Below are positions 28,748 through 32,000 of a DNA stretch of 32,000 nt, one piece after another (within the stretch, counting starts at the first letter, position 1; every line of letters starts with the position of its first letter). A program made the translations under genes and the position numbers. This DNA is from Alkanindiges sp. WGS2144. Lineage in GTDB: Bacteria > Pseudomonadota > Gammaproteobacteria > Pseudomonadales > Moraxellaceae. The notes under the pieces were generated by a model that was not told where the DNA came from, ran no database searches, and saw nothing but the letters and a program-made list of their open reading frames with translations. The stretch lies in the NCBI RefSeq assembly GCF_043950625.1, contig NZ_CP171007.1; one strand, given 5' to 3'.

Positions 28748-29416
28748 ATGACATCAATTGTACTGTTCAACAAACCCTTTAATGTGCTCACCCAGTTTAG
28801 AACCGATGACCAACGCCTGACCTTAAGTCATTACATCAAGGATAAATCCTTGCGGGTCGCCGGCAGGCTAGATTATGACTCCGAAGGTTTATTATTGCTA
28901 ACCAATGACGGGCAAATTAACCAAAAGCTAACCAATCCACGCAGTAAGCAATATAAAACCTATTTGGTTCAGGTTGAAGGGATTCCTGACCGAACTGCCC
29001 TGGACAAGTTACAAAAGGGCGTGCCGCTTAAGGATGGGCTCACTCTGCCGGCACAGGCCAGACTCATTGAAGAGCCTGAATGGTTATGGCCCCGGAATCC
29101 GCCTATCCGCTACCGGGCTAGTATTCCTACCAGTTGGCTGGAAATAAAAATCTGTGAAGGCAAAAACCGTCAGGTCAGACGCATGACGGCTGCTGTTGGC
29201 TTTCCCACCCTGCGCCTGATCCGTAGCCAGATTGGTGAATTTATGCTGGGTGATTTACTACCCGGCCAAAGCAAAACCCTGAATAATATTCCTGCCAGAC
29301 AGGATAGTCCGGGCACTCAGGATGGTCGGTCAATCTGTTCTGATCGTGTGCCTGTTGAGGCTGGTTTACGCATCAGGCGACGAAATACCCGCCCCATAGG
29401 GCCACGTGGCAAATGA
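28748..29416 (+). CDS. rluE: 23S rRNA pseudouridine synthase E (RsuA/RluE family)
   Basis: Start chosen at ATG 28748 (MTSIVLFNKPFNVLTQF) rather than TTG 28718. 'AGRLDYDSEGLLLLTNDG', 'KTYLVQVEG', 'WLWPRNPPIRYRASIPTSWLEIKICEGKNRQVRRMTAAVGFPTLRLIR' match RluE closely. The last 40 aa or so form a non-conserved basic tail. Confidence 0.8.
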   Translation: MTSIVLFNKPFNVLTQFRTDDQRLTLSHYIKDKSLRVAGRLDYDSEGLLLLTNDGQINQKLTNPRSKQYKTYLVQVEGIPDRTALDKLQKGVPLKDGLTLPAQARLIEEPEWLWPRNPPIRYRASIPTSWLEIKICEGKNRQVRRMTAAVGFPTLRLIRSQIGEFMLGDLLPGQSKTLNNIPARQDSPGTQDGRSICSDRVPVEAGLRIRRRNTRPIGPRGK

Positions 29417-31077
29417 TCCACAAACTCAATCACATCTGGCACCACACCGAAGTGTAGCTGATCCCTGATGTACCCAATTAACCGGTCAGGGCTTAAGTCT
29501 TTTTTTACAACCACAAGCAAACGGATCGGTGATTGGCAATGACTTTCATCCTGTAGCATCACGCAGTCAATCACATCTTCATGCTGGCAAATTCTATGTT
29601 CAATTTCCTGTGGAAACATTTGCTGATTTTGCCACCAAAGGGTATCACTCTGCCGCTCCAACATGGTAATAAAACCATCTTCTGAAATGGACACAATATC
29701 ACCCGTTTTAAACCAGTTGTCATAGGTCATCACCTGCTGGGTAAAATCCGGTTTATGCCAGTAACCACGCATCACTTGTGAGCCACGCACCCATAGCTCG
29801 CCTGGCTGGTTAAAGCCCAGCGGCTGCTGACGATTGCCAACGATACAGATTTCAGTATTAGGCAATACTACCCCTACTGTACCCACCCGGATACGTTGTG
29901 GCGGATTAATACTGATCAAAGATGCTGTTTCACTTAACCCGAACGCCTCGCACAAATGCCGGCCAGTCAACTCCTGCCACTGCTGTTGTAAAGTACGACT
30001 AACCAGACTGCCACCGCACAGAAATAATTCCATTTTTTTAACCAGATGCATGGCCGCATCCTGTTTTAAAACCTGATGGTACAAATAAGGTACACCCGCC
30101 ATGATATCCAGCGGATATTGCTGCAGGCTTTTGCTTCTGAACAATAGTTCAGAGCGCGTGGTTAATACAACATGAGCGCCAGTGCACAGCATCATCAGAC
30201 AAAAACTAACCCCTACAATATGCTGTAGCGGAATGGTGCACAAACCACATTTATCCGCAGTCAAGTGATCATTTAAAATTTGGCGGGTTTGCTGATAATT
30301 GGCAGATAAATTACGGTGTGTTAAAGCCACGCCCTTGGGTGTATCAGTAGTCCCGCTGGTATATTGAATCATCGCTACATCATCAAGATCGGCACTGGGC
30401 CATTCACAATGGACGCTACGGTGTTTCTTCAGAATATGCCTTAATCGAATATAGCGAATCATGGTGGTGTCTTCGCGCCATTGTTCCAGCCATTTTCTTG
30501 GCGATAACCAGTTTTTTATACGTCCCAGAAAATGGTTATAATCATCTGCCTGAGTAGTGACAATATGGCGAATGCTGGTTTGCAACAGTATTTTTTCTAC
30601 CTGTGGCAAGAAGGCAGGAATAGTCACTAATATTTTGGCACCAGAGTCCTGTAGCTGATGCAGGATATAGCTATTTTCCAGAATAAAGCTTAAATTGGTC
30701 ACGACCAGACGCGCACGCCAGGCAGCAAATACGGCAATCATATAAGACAGGTTGCTCGGCAAATACAGGGCGACCCGGTCACCGGGATTCACATTGGCTT
30801 CTTCCAAAAACCAGTATGCCAGTGCATTAATACTAAAAGCTATTTCTGCATAATTTAAGGTCTGGTCACACATGCTCAAGGCCGGTGCCTCCGGCGCCTG
30901 CGCTACCACCTCATCAAAATACTCTAAACAACTATTGTCTTGCAGAGGCATCTTGCGTCCCTGATATAAAGATTCATAGTTATGCCATTCCGGTTGCTGG
31001 TCTGGCATTACTGAATCAGCAAGATCCTGTGTGGTGTGGGACGCTGTTCGCTGGATCATATGAAACTGGTTAGGCAT
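29317..31077 (-). CDS. AMP-dependent acyl-CoA synthetase/ligase (FadD-like)
   Basis: 586 aa: 'IQYTSGTTDTPKGVALTHRNL' (AMP-binding core), 'GDIVSISEDGFITMLER', and a C-terminal 'LPRGPMGRVFRRLMRK'. Confidence 0.85.
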   Translation of the reverse strand: MPNQFHMIQRTASHTTQDLADSVMPDQQPEWHNYESLYQGRKMPLQDNSCLEYFDEVVAQAPEAPALSMCDQTLNYAEIAFSINALAYWFLEEANVNPGDRVALYLPSNLSYMIAVFAAWRARLVVTNLSFILENSYILHQLQDSGAKILVTIPAFLPQVEKILLQTSIRHIVTTQADDYNHFLGRIKNWLSPRKWLEQWREDTTMIRYIRLRHILKKHRSVHCEWPSADLDDVAMIQYTSGTTDTPKGVALTHRNLSANYQQTRQILNDHLTADKCGLCTIPLQHIVGVSFCLMMLCTGAHVVLTTRSELLFRSKSLQQYPLDIMAGVPYLYHQVLKQDAAMHLVKKMELFLCGGSLVSRTLQQQWQELTGRHLCEAFGLSETASLISINPPQRIRVGTVGVVLPNTEICIVGNRQQPLGFNQPGELWVRGSQVMRGYWHKPDFTQQVMTYDNWFKTGDIVSISEDGFITMLERQSDTLWWQNQQMFPQEIEHRICQHEDVIDCVMLQDESHCQSPIRLLVVVKKDLSPDRLIGYIRDQLHFGVVPDVIEFVDHLPRGPMGRVFRRLMRKPASTGTRSEQIDRPS

Positions 31078-31186
31078 TTCCCGTTATCCTGTCATGATCT
31101 ACCTGAGTGTTTTATACTTACTGCTTCTCCCGCAGCTTTATTTTGAACCTGTTTTCTCTATGTTGTAGACCAATTAAAGATAGTTT

Positions 31187-32000
31187 TCAATGCGTAAACC
31201 AACGTTTGAGTAAATTCTGGTCTTCAACTGTTAATTTGACAGTAGAAATGATAAAGCCTTCACCTTTCACTTTCAAAATTTTTAGTTCATCGCGTCTAAA
31301 CACATGGCATGTCAGAGGCTGTTCAGATAGTTCAACCGGATTACTCAGCTGTTGCAGCAGGTTGCTGGTTGCTTTTAACCCGTCAATGGCAATTAAGGTA
31401 TCATGCGCCGAAATACCGGCCTGTGCAGCAGCGGAATGCCGCAATACCTGCTGTACCAGCAAGCCTTGACCACTGTCTGTGACTTTAAGCCCCAAAGGCC
31501 ATGGTTTTTGTTCCATTAATAGCTGAATACCTATGCTGCCTAACAGCTCTGCCAAAGGTAGCTCTTTGGTACCGTATACATAATCATCAAAAAAATCATT
31601 CAGCCCCTGACCACCCAATTGTTCACATATCTCTGGCAGAGTCGATTCATCCACCTGCTGGCCAGCTTTTGCACGCGTATAAAGCTGTTGTAATAGTCGA
31701 TCCAGACTTGCCCCGTGCTGTCTTAAGGTGAGATCCAGGCACAAGGCAACCAGCGCACCTTTATTATAATAACTGGTGCCCGCATTATTGCTGTTTTCAT
31801 CAGGACGATAATACTTAATCCAGGCATCAAAACTGGATTCAGCCACGCTTTGTAAATGACGCCCCGGATTACTCAAGTAGCGGTTAACCTGATCTTTCAA
31901 CAAATCAAGGTAGGCGCTCTGGTCAATAACACCACTACGGTAGAGCATCAAGTCATCATAATAGGAGGTAATGCCTTCAAACACCCACAATAGCGTGGTG
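31187..32000 (-). CDS. M61 family peptidase with C-terminal PDZ domain (C-terminal part; N-terminus lies beyond the window)
   Basis: The frame stays open to base 32000, so the listed 'M' at 31990 is an internal TTG codon. 'LWVFEGITSYYDDLMLYRSG' and a PDZ-like 'AAAQAGISAHDTLIAIDGLKAT' are typical of M61 glycyl-aminopeptidase-like proteins. Confidence 0.7.
   Translation of the reverse strand, partial: TTLLWVFEGITSYYDDLMLYRSGVIDQSAYLDLLKDQVNRYLSNPGRHLQSVAESSFDAWIKYYRPDENSNNAGTSYYNKGALVALCLDLTLRQHGASLDRLLQQLYTRAKAGQQVDESTLPEICEQLGGQGLNDFFDDYVYGTKELPLAELLGSIGIQLLMEQKPWPLGLKVTDSGQGLLVQQVLRHSAAAQAGISAHDTLIAIDGLKATSNLLQQLSNPVELSEQPLTCHVFRRDELKILKVKGEGFIISTVKLTVEDQNLLKRWFTH

Overview
This window reads as ordinary chromosomal backbone from a moderate-GC gammaproteobacterium. 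Gene content and protein sequences look Moraxellaceae/Acinetobacter-like, but that cannot be verified here. I call about 27 protein-coding genes, most of them housekeeping: fadH, nfuA, metH, leuA, icd, rluE, a bepA-like protease, a qorB-like reductase and an acyl-CoA ligase. I found no rRNA or tRNA genes, no CRISPR array, and no transposase, integrase or phage genes, so there is no evidence of a mobile or defence island. The most unusual locus lies at 10.4-15.8 kb. It is a translationally coupled four-gene cassette: a circularly permuted ATP-grasp ligase, a short alpha-E protein, a transglutaminase-like Cys protease and an Anbu proteasome-beta homologue. This cassette family is already described in the literature as a predicted peptide-ligation/tagging system, but its function has not been shown experimentally. 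Here it sits divergently from an HTH-WYL-WCX regulator, across the longest (621 bp) and most AT-rich intergenic region in the window. That layout resembles the actinobacterial Pup-proteasome locus with its PafBC WYL regulators; the parallel is my inference, not a demonstrated link. Secondary observations: (1) a LemA plus membrane M48 protease pair whose protease carries an uncharacterised C-terminal extension of about 320 aa; (2) a sequence block shared by the upstream regions of the LemA operon and a DUF962 gene; (3) a multiply frameshifted VapB/AbrB-type antitoxin relic with no toxin, downstream of metH; (4) an 18-bp perfect palindrome plus a degenerate copy between fadH and a PadR regulator; (5) a roughly 107-nt imperfect palindrome between padR and nfuA; (6) leuA abutting a HolD(psi)-like gene and a C-N hydrolase with 0- and 2-nt spacers; (7) a 100-bp convergent 3' overlap between rluE and the acyl-CoA ligase. 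All product calls come from reading the translations by eye. No database search was run.
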